NCBI GenBank assembly: GCA_964598505.1
Contig: CAZRCF010000001.1
Location: 73,480 to 137,479 of the forward strand
Origin: an uncultured Lentimicrobiaceae bacterium
Lineage (GTDB): Bacteria > Bacteroidota > Bacteroidia > Bacteroidales > WCHB1-69
DNA length: 64,000 nucleotides
Direction: 5' to 3'
Under the pieces are notes generated by a model that did no database searches, had not been told where the DNA came from, and worked only from the letters and a program-made list of their open reading frames with translations. A program made the translations under genes and the position numbers. Shown piece by piece: positions 19,719 through 28,957 of the stretch (positions are counted from its first letter, which is position 1; each line of letters opens with the position of its first letter).

Positions 19719-21755
19719 ATGCCTGTTACAGATCGTCGTGAGCCTGCAGTTTATGTAAGTATTGAAGATGCTTCATATGCTGCCCCTGCTCTTGAAACTG
19801 GAAGAATAGGTTACATTGCAACTTTGTGTGATCGTGGTCCACACAATAGAGTTGTCACAATTACTTCTCGTGAACAACTTTATAAATTATTTGGTCAACC
19901 AAATTATAGACGTACCTCTCAAGCCCATTATCTTGCTGATAAATTTCTTCAATATTCAAGCAAGCTTCTTCTTGTTCGTGTAATGCCAGCTGATGCAGAT
20001 TGGGCAAATAAGGAAATTGAATTATCAACATCAAGTACAAAAATTGTATATGGTACACCATCTGTAGATGCTTTATTTACATTTGCAGCAGGTTCAAATG
20101 AAGTTGTTTGTTCAAATACATCATCATATAATGCAGTTGAAGTTGGTTGGTGGATTTATGCAACTGGTGATGCAGTTGCAGACGCAGCTCAAGTTGTATC
20201 TAAAACAACATTAACACTAACTCTTGATAGAGATTATGAAGGAATTAGTGGAGTAGGTTTAGCTGGTTATTATTGCACACCTTATACAGAAAATTCAATA
20301 GCTCATGTTATTTCAGAATCACAAATGCCAGAAACTACACCAGCTATTGTTTGGTATTTTTATGCTAAGGGAGCTGGTACATATTATAATAAAATTAAGA
20401 TTATGGGAGCTCGAAATGTCGAACTCGAGAAAATGTATACGGACGTAAATGGTGTAACTTTATACAAATATTTATTTATGGATATTGGTATATATTACAT
20501 TAATGACGATGCAACAACGACTCTTCTTGAAGGACCGTGGACAGTTTCTCTTACCCGTAGAAATGCTTTTGGTTCAGCGATTCGAGATCTCACTTCTGGT
20601 ACTTCTTTATATATTGAAGATGTAATTAATGATAATAGTAATTTCATCAGTTGTATTTCTTCGGAAGCGGTTGATGGTTTAGTTGCAATTGGTTCGACAA
20701 CAGAATATCAGGCAACTAAACGAAGACTTCAAGTAATGTTACTTCTTACAGTTACAGGGAGTACAGTTGATTCATCAATTGGTAGTATTGCTGGTGGTGG
20801 TATTATGTTCGAAAATGGAACAGATGGAACTGTCAATACTGCTAGAACTCTATCAATGTATAATACAAGTAATAATTTAGAATCAGATCGTGATTATCTT
20901 AATGGTCAGATTACATTAGCATATCAGGGTTCTTTAACCAGTGTCGATGGTTCTATTGAACAAATACCAGAATGTTTATATCCTTGGTATCAACCGGATT
21001 ATATTATTACTGGTGGTTATCCAGCAGCAGTTCAATCTGGTGGAAGATTTCTTGCAGCATATCGCCAAGATTGTATACATCTTGCAGATACAGGTTCGTT
21101 CATAAATAGTTATTCAAAGGATATCACAGCTCGTTTAGATGATGTTCCTTGGAATGAGTGGACTTCTGCTTTGTATGTTCAATATAGAAAGATTTTTGAT
21201 CCATTCACAGGTGAGAAAATCTGGATGAATCCAGTGTATCATGCACTTGAGAGACATTTGTATTGTGATGGTGCTTACTTCTTAGCTGAACCAGTTGCTG
21301 GTATTGAGAAAGGTGCTATTTCTGACCCAATTGAATTGGCATACAAATCAAATCATACAGAACGTGGAGATTTGATGGATGTTGAGTTAAATTGTGTTAT
21401 TGTTGAGCCTCAAGGCAAATATATTCTCACTCAATTTACAACTTGGAAGAGACTTTCTGTTTTGAAGAGACTTCATGTTGCTAAATTTGTTGCTTATATT
21501 CGAAAAGTAATTCCTACTCTCTTGAAGGATATTTTACAGAGGAGAGCAACACAATATTGGATTGGACAAGCTCAGTTTAGAGTATCTAATTTCTTGAGTA
21601 AATTCCTTGAATCTAATATTGAGAGATATTCAGTATTGAAAAGTTATAATGTTGCAGTAAATTTTGACGATGTCAGATCAGAATTGAATGTAGTAATTGA
21701 TATTACACCGATTCGTGCGATCGAAAGAATTAATGTATTCATCATTGTCCACTAA
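19719..21755 (+). CDS. tail sheath protein
   Basis: The N-terminus (EPAVYVSIED...GRIGYIATLCDRGPHNRVVTITSREQLYKLFG) is typical of contractile sheath proteins. The size (678 aa) and the tube gene downstream fit. Confidence 0.75.
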   Translation: MPVTDRREPAVYVSIEDASYAAPALETGRIGYIATLCDRGPHNRVVTITSREQLYKLFGQPNYRRTSQAHYLADKFLQYSSKLLLVRVMPADADWANKEIELSTSSTKIVYGTPSVDALFTFAAGSNEVVCSNTSSYNAVEVGWWIYATGDAVADAAQVVSKTTLTLTLDRDYEGISGVGLAGYYCTPYTENSIAHVISESQMPETTPAIVWYFYAKGAGTYYNKIKIMGARNVELEKMYTDVNGVTLYKYLFMDIGIYYINDDATTTLLEGPWTVSLTRRNAFGSAIRDLTSGTSLYIEDVINDNSNFISCISSEAVDGLVAIGSTTEYQATKRRLQVMLLLTVTGSTVDSSIGSIAGGGIMFENGTDGTVNTARTLSMYNTSNNLESDRDYLNGQITLAYQGSLTSVDGSIEQIPECLYPWYQPDYIITGGYPAAVQSGGRFLAAYRQDCIHLADTGSFINSYSKDITARLDDVPWNEWTSALYVQYRKIFDPFTGEKIWMNPVYHALERHLYCDGAYFLAEPVAGIEKGAISDPIELAYKSNHTERGDLMDVELNCVIVEPQGKYILTQFTTWKRLSVLKRLHVAKFVAYIRKVIPTLLKDILQRRATQYWIGQAQFRVSNFLSKFLESNIERYSVLKSYNVAVNFDDVRSELNVVIDITPIRAIERINVFIIVH

Positions 21756-21765
21756 CAAAAATATA

Positions 21766-21810
21766 ATCGGCAAGATCTTTGACTAGAAACAGTCTTAGAC
21801 TCTTGCCGAT
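21766..21810. repeat. Class-I hairpin, second near-identical 45-nt copy
   Basis: ATCGGCAAGATCTTTGACTAGAAACAGTCTTAGACTCTTGCCGAT, 11 nt after the sheath stop. Confidence 0.6.
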
Positions 21811-21841
21811 TATAAAAATTTAAATAAGGAGATGTTTATTT

Positions 21842-22663
21842 ATGGCTGACACAACAACTATCATTAGTAGACTTTCTACAAGATTTACTAATGCTATAAA
21901 AGACAGAGAAAAGCCTGATTTTCTTACCAGGGACATTGGCGGACATTGGCGCTCGAATCAACCATATATTTCTGGTTATTTTCAGGTAGTCTTTGGACTT
22001 CCATCAGAACTTTTCGCTGGTGCTGATAATGTTCAAACTGCTTCAAAGTGGTTACATAGTACATGTGAAGGTTTTACACCTCATACTCAAGCACTTACTA
22101 AAGTTGATGTTATGGGACAAGGACAAATAGGTTCTTCATATGTTGCAAATATTACAACTACAAGAGAAATTACTTTAACATTTAGAGAAATGCAGAATCA
22201 ACCAATTTTGAATGTTGTTCGGCGTTGGGCTTCTGTATTTGATCCATTTACTGGTGTGAGTCCTCTTGAAGGAAACAAATTTATTCCTCAGAATTATAAA
22301 GGTTGGATAGCTGTTGCACAGACTAAACCTGTTCGTTCACAGAATGCAGATATTACTGCTGGGGATCTTGAAGAATGTTATATCTATCAGGGAGTTTTTC
22401 CAACATCAATTCCTATAGATACAGCTGGGTCATCTGATATTACATCAAATGAAACAGTTCAACTTTCTGTAACGTTTAGTTTTGACGGAGCGCCACTTAC
22501 TTCTGCAGAACCTAAAACAACAGACACAGTTGTTAATCTTCTGAAGAGTCTTAGGTATATGGGCGATCCAGATTCAACTTATGCAAGATACCATGATCAT
22601 GGTACAACTGTATCTGCATGGGGTTCACATAGTGGTTCAGTTTCATCTGAAATTAAACCGTAG
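21842..22663 (+). CDS. tail tube protein (assigned by position)
   Basis: 273-aa ORF directly after the sheath gene, with AAGGAG RBS. Confidence 0.55.
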   Translation: MADTTTIISRLSTRFTNAIKDREKPDFLTRDIGGHWRSNQPYISGYFQVVFGLPSELFAGADNVQTASKWLHSTCEGFTPHTQALTKVDVMGQGQIGSSYVANITTTREITLTFREMQNQPILNVVRRWASVFDPFTGVSPLEGNKFIPQNYKGWIAVAQTKPVRSQNADITAGDLEECYIYQGVFPTSIPIDTAGSSDITSNETVQLSVTFSFDGAPLTSAEPKTTDTVVNLLKSLRYMGDPDSTYARYHDHGTTVSAWGSHSGSVSSEIKP

Positions 22664-22760
22664 TATTTATACCTGTCAATATTGACAGGTTTCGTGAGAG
22701 CTTAAAAGGTTTGGTGAGCGCCTCCCAACAAATCCTTTTTTTTCCTTAGCTCTCCATTAA

Positions 22761-22793
22761 GCACCCTCCCTTATTAGGTGAGGGTGCTTTTTT
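22761..22793 (+). terminator. rho-independent terminator
   Basis: Stem GCACCCTC/GAGGGTGC followed by TTTTTT. Confidence 0.7.
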
Positions 22794-22810
22794 AACTGAA
22801 ATAAAAATAC

Positions 22811-22843
22811 TGTCTCTAGAGACGAATCTCTAGAGACATTTTT
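22811..22843. terminator. bidirectional terminator at the convergence point
   Basis: The stem is TGTCTCTAGAGAC...TCTCTAGAGACA. T-runs lie on both sides (TTTTT on + and TATTTTT on -). Confidence 0.55.
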
Positions 22844-22857
22844 ACCACATTTCAAAT

Positions 22858-23019
22858 TTATTGATTATGATCTTTGATAATTTGGTAAATTTCCCCAGCT
22901 TCTTGTTCACTTATGCAATTTCCTGTTAAAGGCGCAAGTATATCATTTTCTCCACAACCAATACATTCTGCCATTAGTTCAATTAATACAACAATCCTAT
23001 TTAGCTCATAACTTTTCAT
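22858..23019 (-). CDS. hypothetical 53-aa protein with a CIGCG motif
   Basis: Below the ORF-track cutoff. ATGA overlap with the upstream micro-ORF. Hand-translated as MKSYELNRIVV...IIKDHNQ. Confidence 0.4.
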   Translation of the reverse strand: MKSYELNRIVVLIELMAECIGCGENDILAPLTGNCISEQEAGEIYQIIKDHNQ

Positions 23020-23159
23020 TTTGAACACTCTATTACCTTTCTAATTATTTTGCACTCTTGTGGATGTGTGAAGCATTGTTCACTCAATCCAGAGCAACCT
23101 ATAAGTTTGCAAATTTCCCTTAACTCATTTATTAACTTAATTTGCTCTTTAAGATTCAT
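23016..23159 (-). CDS. hypothetical 47-aa Cys-rich protein
   Basis: GGAGGT RBS 7 nt upstream. Hand-translated as MNLKEQIKLINELREICKLIGCSG... Confidence 0.4.
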   Translation of the reverse strand: MNLKEQIKLINELREICKLIGCSGLSEQCFTHPQECKIIRKVIECSK

Positions 23160-23175
23160 TTTTTACCTCCATATG

Positions 23176-24195
23176 TTAACGCAATGACACATTTTTACCA
23201 CAAGCGTTCATTGTGAGTTTTAAGTTCGCTAAATTTTTTATGACTTGGCGATCTGTAAATGTGTAGTCTACCTTTAAAGGCAAACCTTCCGGTGGAATTA
23301 TTTGTGACTTTGATATAGCCGCATTATTCCATTTTTTATCAATGGTTTTGTTTTCTTTCATGAAGGTTTTGTGAAAGATTGAAACGAATCCTTTAATAAA
23401 TTGGGTAGTACTAAATACAACCAATAAGTTATCCCGATATTCACGACAAGAATCTATTGGAGTATCACCAATTTGTATCTGAGCATAAAGCTGATCCACA
23501 AATGGTGGATTGGCGTCTTTAGAAACAGCATATCTCATATTGATAAGTTTTCCTGCCTCTAATCGATATTTGCCTCCAAATACCCATACAGTTTCTGATG
23601 AAGCATTTGAATCATTGAGATTTTTTAGAATCTCGTTATACGCTTTATGATAGAATGGATTAATACCCACTCTAACATTGAATGTGACGTCAATCTGTGT
23701 TGCGCCAATTCTCTTTATTTTGTAACCTTCATAAGTCACAGTGTATTTCTCGCTAACCGGACGACTAGCAAGAATTCTCAACATTTCAACCAATTTTTTA
23801 ATCTGGTCCTGTCGTTGAATAACATTTGTATAATCTTTTAAAATATCATCATATGTGATTAATTTAATATTATCACGGAGAATAGTTTCGATCTTATCTT
23901 CAGATACTATGACATCTAATTTAACAACCGTGAGGTCATCAATTTTTGATGTTTGTAACAAGCGATAAGATTTAATATATCCTAATGATGATGCTACGAT
24001 TTGATCTTTTTGCAACTGATAATTTTGAACATCAGTTACTCCATAGATCAATGACCCCGTATACATATCAACACTTTCACGAAGCGCATTTGTAATGGCT
24101 TCGTCCTTTGTCGAACCTGTACCTGTCACAATGACAGCCCAGGCATTGGAAGTCATTAAAACAACCAATATAATATTTACTAATAATTTTTTCAT
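23176..24195 (-). CDS. secreted or lipoprotein-like protein
   Basis: The internal start MKKLLVNIILVVLMTSNAWA (signal-peptide-like) has an AAGGAG RBS. The longer track start at 24231 lacks one. Confidence 0.6.
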   Translation of the reverse strand: MKKLLVNIILVVLMTSNAWAVIVTGTGSTKDEAITNALRESVDMYTGSLIYGVTDVQNYQLQKDQIVASSLGYIKSYRLLQTSKIDDLTVVKLDVIVSEDKIETILRDNIKLITYDDILKDYTNVIQRQDQIKKLVEMLRILASRPVSEKYTVTYEGYKIKRIGATQIDVTFNVRVGINPFYHKAYNEILKNLNDSNASSETVWVFGGKYRLEAGKLINMRYAVSKDANPPFVDQLYAQIQIGDTPIDSCREYRDNLLVVFSTTQFIKGFVSIFHKTFMKENKTIDKKWNNAAISKSQIIPPEGLPLKVDYTFTDRQVIKNLANLKLTMNACGKNVSLR

Positions 24196-24245
24196 ATTTT
24201 GTTCTCCTTTCAAGAGATTGTATGAAAGCATAATTGCTTCCTTGT

Positions 24246-24265
24246 ATAAATAATTTCTATATGAA
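24246..24265 (-). promoter_or_regulatory. conserved promoter-like box
   Basis: ATAAATAATTTCTATATGAA on the + strand. Confidence 0.5.
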
Positions 24266-24334
24266 CGAAGTGAATACTAGAAATAATAGCAATAAAAATT
24301 CGGCAAGGTCTAGTTAAAGACCCTGCCTGTAGTG

Positions 24335-24586
24335 TTATTTCCTTTTCTGGAAGTAATAATCTACATCATGTCCATCTTGGGCATATCCGCAGATATAATA
24401 CTTTTTGTCATACATTTTTAGTTTAGCTCCTGTTCTCAGAAGCACTTCTTCGTTATTCTGAAGCTTTACATACGGCTGTATAACCTCATGCATTGCTTTG
24501 TCGATAGGACCTAATGTCCCATCTTTTAAAAAGCTTTTTCGAATAATTGCAATAGCTTTTTGTCTCGAAATTTCAACGTTTTTCAA
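24335..24586 (-). CDS. hypothetical protein
   Basis: 83-aa ORF with AAGGAAG RBS. Confidence 0.55.
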   Translation of the reverse strand: MKNVEISRQKAIAIIRKSFLKDGTLGPIDKAMHEVIQPYVKLQNNEEVLLRTGAKLKMYDKKYYICGYAQDGHDVDYYFQKRK

Positions 24587-24604
24587 TTTCTCACTTCCTT
24601 TCTT

Positions 24605-24919
24605 TTAAAATATTCTTAATCCATATAATCTTATATTATTTTTAAATTCATTATCAACATCTAATCTGGTAATATAATTTTCTAATTTTTGAGTAGCGTT
24701 ATTTCTTTTTTCTTGTTTCAGAATTTCATTTGGATGTTTCGGACACGAATGTGAAATTTGTTCTTGCATAAAATTTGGACTAAATCTAATTTTATGTCCA
24801 CATTTAAATTCAATCTCTTCATTCCAATGTCCATTTGAATGCTTGTTAGATCGTTGTTCCATAGTTACTATTGATCCACAAACTGGGCAAGATTCATATT
24901 TTAATTCGTTTAGTTTCAT
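24605..24919 (-). CDS. hypothetical zinc-ribbon protein
   Basis: CPVCG ... CGH ... SHSCPKH Cys/His pattern. Confidence 0.55.
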   Translation of the reverse strand: MKLNELKYESCPVCGSIVTMEQRSNKHSNGHWNEEIEFKCGHKIRFSPNFMQEQISHSCPKHPNEILKQEKRNNATQKLENYITRLDVDNEFKNNIRLYGLRIF

Positions 24920-25047
24920 AATTTTCTCCGATCGGCGAAGCTTTTAATTTGCCAATCATTATATTTTTTGCTAATAAACTTTAATAGATATATAAATCTA
25001 AGACGTTTTTGTGACATATTTAATGCTTTTCTTTTCGCTTGTCCCAT
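24916..25047 (-). CDS. hypothetical 43-aa basic protein
   Basis: Below the track cutoff. GAAAGGA RBS and ATGA overlap with the next gene. Confidence 0.35.
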   Translation of the reverse strand: MGQAKRKALNMSQKRLRFIYLLKFISKKYNDWQIKSFADRRKL

Positions 25048-25074
25048 TGTTATTATCCTTTCATAATGATAATT

Positions 25075-25105
25075 ATCGGCAAGACCTTTATAAGATCTTG
25101 CCGAT
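25075..25105. terminator. Class-I conserved-stem hairpin
   Basis: ATCGGCAAGACCT TTATA AGATCTTGCCGAT. Confidence 0.55.
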
Positions 25106-25109
25106 AAAA

Positions 25110-25490
25110 CTATGGTCTTAGTTTAACGTCGTAAACATGTCCCTTGTGGGCATATCCTGATGTTTTTACAATTTCGTCCATTCGAGAATCATAAATGACT
25201 TTCGAAATGAATAACCCTGACGCGAGTCCGATTAATGATGATATTATAATTATCGTATAGGACTTTTTAAGCCATTCTACAAATTTTATCAAACTTGATT
25301 TGATGATTAGAATTATTGAACTTATTTTTTTATTCAATTTCATCCAACCAAATTTAATCTTGGTTATTAATTTCTTCTTTTTTTCTTGAATGGTTTCCGG
25401 AATAATGTCTTGAGTATCTTCTTTAAATGTATCATATTCAAGATAATCTTCCATGAATAATTTTTGAACCGTATTAACATTCATCTTCAT
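25110..25490 (-). CDS. hypothetical membrane protein
   Basis: 126-aa ORF with two hydrophobic segments. Confidence 0.55.
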   Translation of the reverse strand: MKMNVNTVQKLFMEDYLEYDTFKEDTQDIIPETIQEKKKKLITKIKFGWMKLNKKISSIILIIKSSLIKFVEWLKKSYTIIIISSLIGLASGLFISKVIYDSRMDEIVKTSGYAHKGHVYDVKLRP

Positions 25491-25516
25491 AATAATTCTC
25501 CTTTCATTTTAATTTT

Positions 25517-26185
25517 TTAATTTGTTTTAATATGATTCTTTTTTAGTTGCGTATTTAATACTGCAAATTCCCCATGATATTTTATAGCTGCTACATCATA
25601 AGCTTTTGCTGCATCCTCTGGAGTATTAAATATTCCAATATTTATAATTTGATTATTAATTCTAATTCTTGCATACCATTTTTTATCTTTTTTGTGCCAA
25701 ACAATTCCTTTATATCCACTTGAATTGTTACATTTTATATCAACATTTTGTCGATTTTGTGAAATAGTACAAACTCTTAAATTATTTTCTAGATTATTTA
25801 AAGGATTTCGATCTATATGATCAATTTCATATCCAATTGGAACTTCTTGCCCAGATAATTGAATAATCGCTTGATGCAAATACATATTATGTTTTTTATT
25901 ATTTGTATCGATCCAAGTACTTACCACATATTTATTTGACATTCGCCATTTATATTTTTCGATTTCTTCTTTATATTTAAGATCAAATATTGTTTCTGTG
26001 ATTTCCTCACAGTTTGTATTATATAATTTTATTCGGCAAATATCATTTTCAATGATAAATTCATTTGGGTCATTTTTAGTTCGTTCTAAAACTGATCCAT
26101 ATTTTCGAACTTGTTTATTATGTTTATCACAAAATCCATTAGTCCGATGTTTCATACCACAATTTTCTACTGAACATAATCTCAT
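25517..26185 (-). CDS. HNH-AP2 homing endonuclease
   Basis: The HNH string is EIDHIDRNPLNNLENNLRVCTISQNRQN. The AP2 domain is GYKGIVWHKKDKKWYARIRINNQIINIGIFNTPEDAAKAYDVAAIKYHGEFAVLN. Confidence 0.8.
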   Translation of the reverse strand: MRLCSVENCGMKHRTNGFCDKHNKQVRKYGSVLERTKNDPNEFIIENDICRIKLYNTNCEEITETIFDLKYKEEIEKYKWRMSNKYVVSTWIDTNNKKHNMYLHQAIIQLSGQEVPIGYEIDHIDRNPLNNLENNLRVCTISQNRQNVDIKCNNSSGYKGIVWHKKDKKWYARIRINNQIINIGIFNTPEDAAKAYDVAAIKYHGEFAVLNTQLKKNHIKTN

Positions 26186-26202
26186 AATTATCTCACAGAA
26201 AT

Positions 26203-26394
26203 TTAATAATTTTCTTTTTTAGTTGCATATTTTAATAAAACTTTCGCTAATCGTTTATGACCAGATTGTTGATAATTCTTCTTCCACCAATCGGCGATAG
26301 CAATTACGTGAGATTCATCAATTTCTTTCAAGGCTTCTTCTGCAAGATCTGCTGCTTTGTCCATTTCTTTAAGAACTTCTTCATTTGCAGCCAT
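26203..26394 (-). CDS. hypothetical protein
   Basis: 63-aa ORF. Confidence 0.5.
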   Translation of the reverse strand: MAANEEVLKEMDKAADLAEEALKEIDESHVIAIADWWKKNYQQSGHKRLAKVLLKYATKKENY

Positions 26395-26396
26395 TT

Positions 26397-26744
26397 TTAA
26401 ATTTCTCCTTTAGTAATCATATTATATATACTATTCCAATCAGTTGTATCAACGATCAATTCGTCGTTTGAATAATATGCCATGAAACTTAATTTATCTT
26501 TTTGAACAGCATATACTGCATAAATATCATACACCGGAATTATACCAATTACAATTCGACTTTTATCAATATTATAATATTTTGGAGGATCATTATTTAC
26601 AGAATTATCAAATTCAATATACTCTATAATTTCAGTAAACATATTCTGATCGTCTTGACATCTTATTAGAGTTGCACCAATAATCTTTTGAAGGCATATT
26701 TTACCTTCATCTTTTAATTTCTGTAATACTTGATTTGTTAACAT
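26397..26744 (-). CDS. hypothetical protein
   Basis: 115-aa ORF with AAGGAGA RBS. Confidence 0.55.
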   Translation of the reverse strand: MLTNQVLQKLKDEGKICLQKIIGATLIRCQDDQNMFTEIIEYIEFDNSVNNDPPKYYNIDKSRIVIGIIPVYDIYAVYAVQKDKLSFMAYYSNDELIVDTTDWNSIYNMITKGEI

Positions 26745-26768
26745 CTTTTAGTTTCTCCTTTTCAGTTT

Positions 26769-27893
26769 TTATTTGTTGAACCAAACTACATGACTCCAAC
26801 GATCGTCAAATGTTTCCATACTAATATTACTTGGATTGACAACAATTCTTGTCATTTTATCTTCAGTAGCATAATATCCCGTACCATCATCGTCGGTGAA
26901 AGCACCATCATAACAGGCTTCTACAAAATCTTCAACGGACATTTTATCGCCATATTCAGGGATATCTTCTAATTCCACTGGTTGTAGTTTTTGAACTTGT
27001 CTTAGGATTTCAATCGGAAGTTCATCAAACTGACAACCACTTGCTTGCTTGTGTCCGCCACCGCCTAGTTTCTTAGCGAGAAGTGAAACATCGACTCCTG
27101 GTTTGTCAGTATAGAAGCTAAATGTCCAAAATCCATTCTTGTGTAATCCGAAACTAATCATCAAATCATATTTTGTATTATCCCAAATGGATTCAAAGAA
27201 CTGAGAATTGTTTAACATTTTATTGCAAGCTATTGCTTTATATCCTTCAAAGAGGACTTCAAAAGCACAGCTTTTAACATATTTTTCATTCTCCTGCTTT
27301 TGATATTTGAGAATTGTTTCTCCATCATTAATGATTTCTTTAATATGATTTTTAGTATTAGTAGTCTCAACATCAAAATATTGTGCCCACAAGTTCTGAT
27401 TATCTGGATTAGTATTAAATAATCTAAATCCATATTGAAATTTAAGTACTTTTGGATCTTCTAAATCCCAAACATCATAACGTCCGAGTAATCGAACAGC
27501 TTCTGGAGTTTCACGATCAGGGAATAATACTTCCCATGTAAGTTCACAACCAGCTTTTCCATCATGTCTCTTGCCGGGACAAATATTATTAAATGTAATT
27601 TCAATGCCTTTACTTACTAACATGACACTTTCAGCTTCTTTAATGGCGCTTATATGATGATCAATCCAAATTAGATTATTCATTCCAACATGAGCAGCAA
27701 GTTGAACCATTTTTATAAACGGTTGTAAGCTAAAGTCTACCATGTAGATAATATCGTCTTTTGAAATATTATTATAATCAATTTCTTGTCCATAATTTAT
27801 CCCGATTAATTGGGCTTCTGGAAATTTATATTTCACAATTGCTCCACTACAATGTCCATCAAGGTCTGCTGAATGGTAATATATTTTGATCAT
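26769..27893 (-). CDS. DHH/DHHA1-family phosphoesterase (NrnA/RecJ-like fold) with a C-terminal extension
   Basis: The motifs are HSADLDG, WIDHH (DHH) and GGGGHKQASG (DHHA1 GGGH). Confidence 0.7.
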   Translation of the reverse strand: MIKIYYHSADLDGHCSGAIVKYKFPEAQLIGINYGQEIDYNNISKDDIIYMVDFSLQPFIKMVQLAAHVGMNNLIWIDHHISAIKEAESVMLVSKGIEITFNNICPGKRHDGKAGCELTWEVLFPDRETPEAVRLLGRYDVWDLEDPKVLKFQYGFRLFNTNPDNQNLWAQYFDVETTNTKNHIKEIINDGETILKYQKQENEKYVKSCAFEVLFEGYKAIACNKMLNNSQFFESIWDNTKYDLMISFGLHKNGFWTFSFYTDKPGVDVSLLAKKLGGGGHKQASGCQFDELPIEILRQVQKLQPVELEDIPEYGDKMSVEDFVEACYDGAFTDDDGTGYYATEDKMTRIVVNPSNISMETFDDRWSHVVWFNK

Positions 27894-28225
27894 TTCATTC
27901 TCCTCCCATAATGCTTTTCACGTTTTTGTATAGCGTCATCTAAATTTTGAAGACATGTTTGTAAAAACTTATTAAGATTGTCATCTATATTCCATTTTTT
28001 ATTTTCATATCTTCGTATAGCATAATCAAAAGTTTTAAGACAATATGTTAAATAATCAGCTAGTATATAATCAGGAGTATTTGAACCGTTTTCAAGAGAC
28101 TTTTTATTAATTAATTTTTCAAGATCTTTTACAAATAACGCATAGTCCATACTGTCTGGTCTAAGTTGTTTTTTCTTAACCAATTTCGTGCAATTTACTT
28201 CTTGATGAATTTCTTTTGCTTTCAT
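27890..28225 (-). CDS. hypothetical protein
   Basis: 111-aa ORF with a 4-nt overlap with the downstream gene. Confidence 0.55.
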   Translation of the reverse strand: MKAKEIHQEVNCTKLVKKKQLRPDSMDYALFVKDLEKLINKKSLENGSNTPDYILADYLTYCLKTFDYAIRRYENKKWNIDDNLNKFLQTCLQNLDDAIQKREKHYGRRMK

Positions 28226-28234
28226 TTCTACTCC

Positions 28235-28642
28235 TTATCTTGGTATATTTATAATTTGTTGTTTGATCGATTCACCAAACTGACAGAATGTTGATTGGAA
28301 TATTTGATCAATTGCGTTTGCGATTCTTTTAGTCATTCCATCTTTTATAGCATTTTCAATAAGAATTAATATCTTATCTTGATTTTCATTCATCCATCTC
28401 ACAATAGCATTTCTTACTTGTTCTTGAATATTTTTATCAACAAGTTCTTCACTAAGAGAAGGACCATATTCATTATTACTATAAGTTGATCTTTTTAATT
28501 TTGGTTCGAAATATAGTTTTTCTATACCTTTTTCAACAATCTTTTTAAGATCATCTGGTGTGAATAAGTTTCCAGCGTTTTCTTTCATCATATCCATCAT
28601 TCGTTCTTCAAATGTTTTTGATACAGCTATTTCAGTTGTCAT
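28235..28642 (-). CDS. hypothetical protein
   Basis: 135-aa ORF. Confidence 0.55.
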   Translation of the reverse strand: MTTEIAVSKTFEERMMDMMKENAGNLFTPDDLKKIVEKGIEKLYFEPKLKRSTYSNNEYGPSLSEELVDKNIQEQVRNAIVRWMNENQDKILILIENAIKDGMTKRIANAIDQIFQSTFCQFGESIKQQIINIPR

Positions 28643-28893
28643 TTTTTCACCTTCTTTCTTCGAATTTTACCAAGAAATGCACGAAGTGTTCCACCACTTA
28701 TTTTAATATTATAAGTCATATCAATATTATCTTCATCTTTAATTTCAGATATTATGAATAATGATTTAATAAATTGTTTTGCTCTTTCGTCAGCATTAGC
28801 ATAAATCATATCTTTCATAGTTTCTGCTAACATTTCAATAAGTTGATTGCGTTCTATTTCTGTTGTTTCTTGCATATTAAATGATTTTTTCAT
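28639..28893 (-). CDS. hypothetical protein
   Basis: 84-aa ORF with a 4-nt overlap. Confidence 0.5.
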   Translation of the reverse strand: MKKSFNMQETTEIERNQLIEMLAETMKDMIYANADERAKQFIKSLFIISEIKDEDNIDMTYNIKISGGTLRAFLGKIRRKKVKK

Positions 28894-28919
28894 TTATTTC
28901 CTTTCTTTTTAATTCAAAT

Positions 28920-28952
28920 ATCGGCGAGAGCTTTTTATTAGCTCTCGCCGAT
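28920..28952. terminator. Class-I hairpin, variant stem CGGCGAGAGCT
   Basis: ATCGGCGAGAGCT TTTTATT AGCTCTCGCCGAT. Confidence 0.55.
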
Positions 28953-28957
28953 ATAAA

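Noticed and set aside
21931-21950. Perfect tandem duplication of the 10-mer GGACATTGGC inside the tail tube gene
   Set aside because: It is in frame with sensible translation (RDIGGHWRS) and is only two copies of a short unit. It is likely a chance or slippage relic with no evident function.
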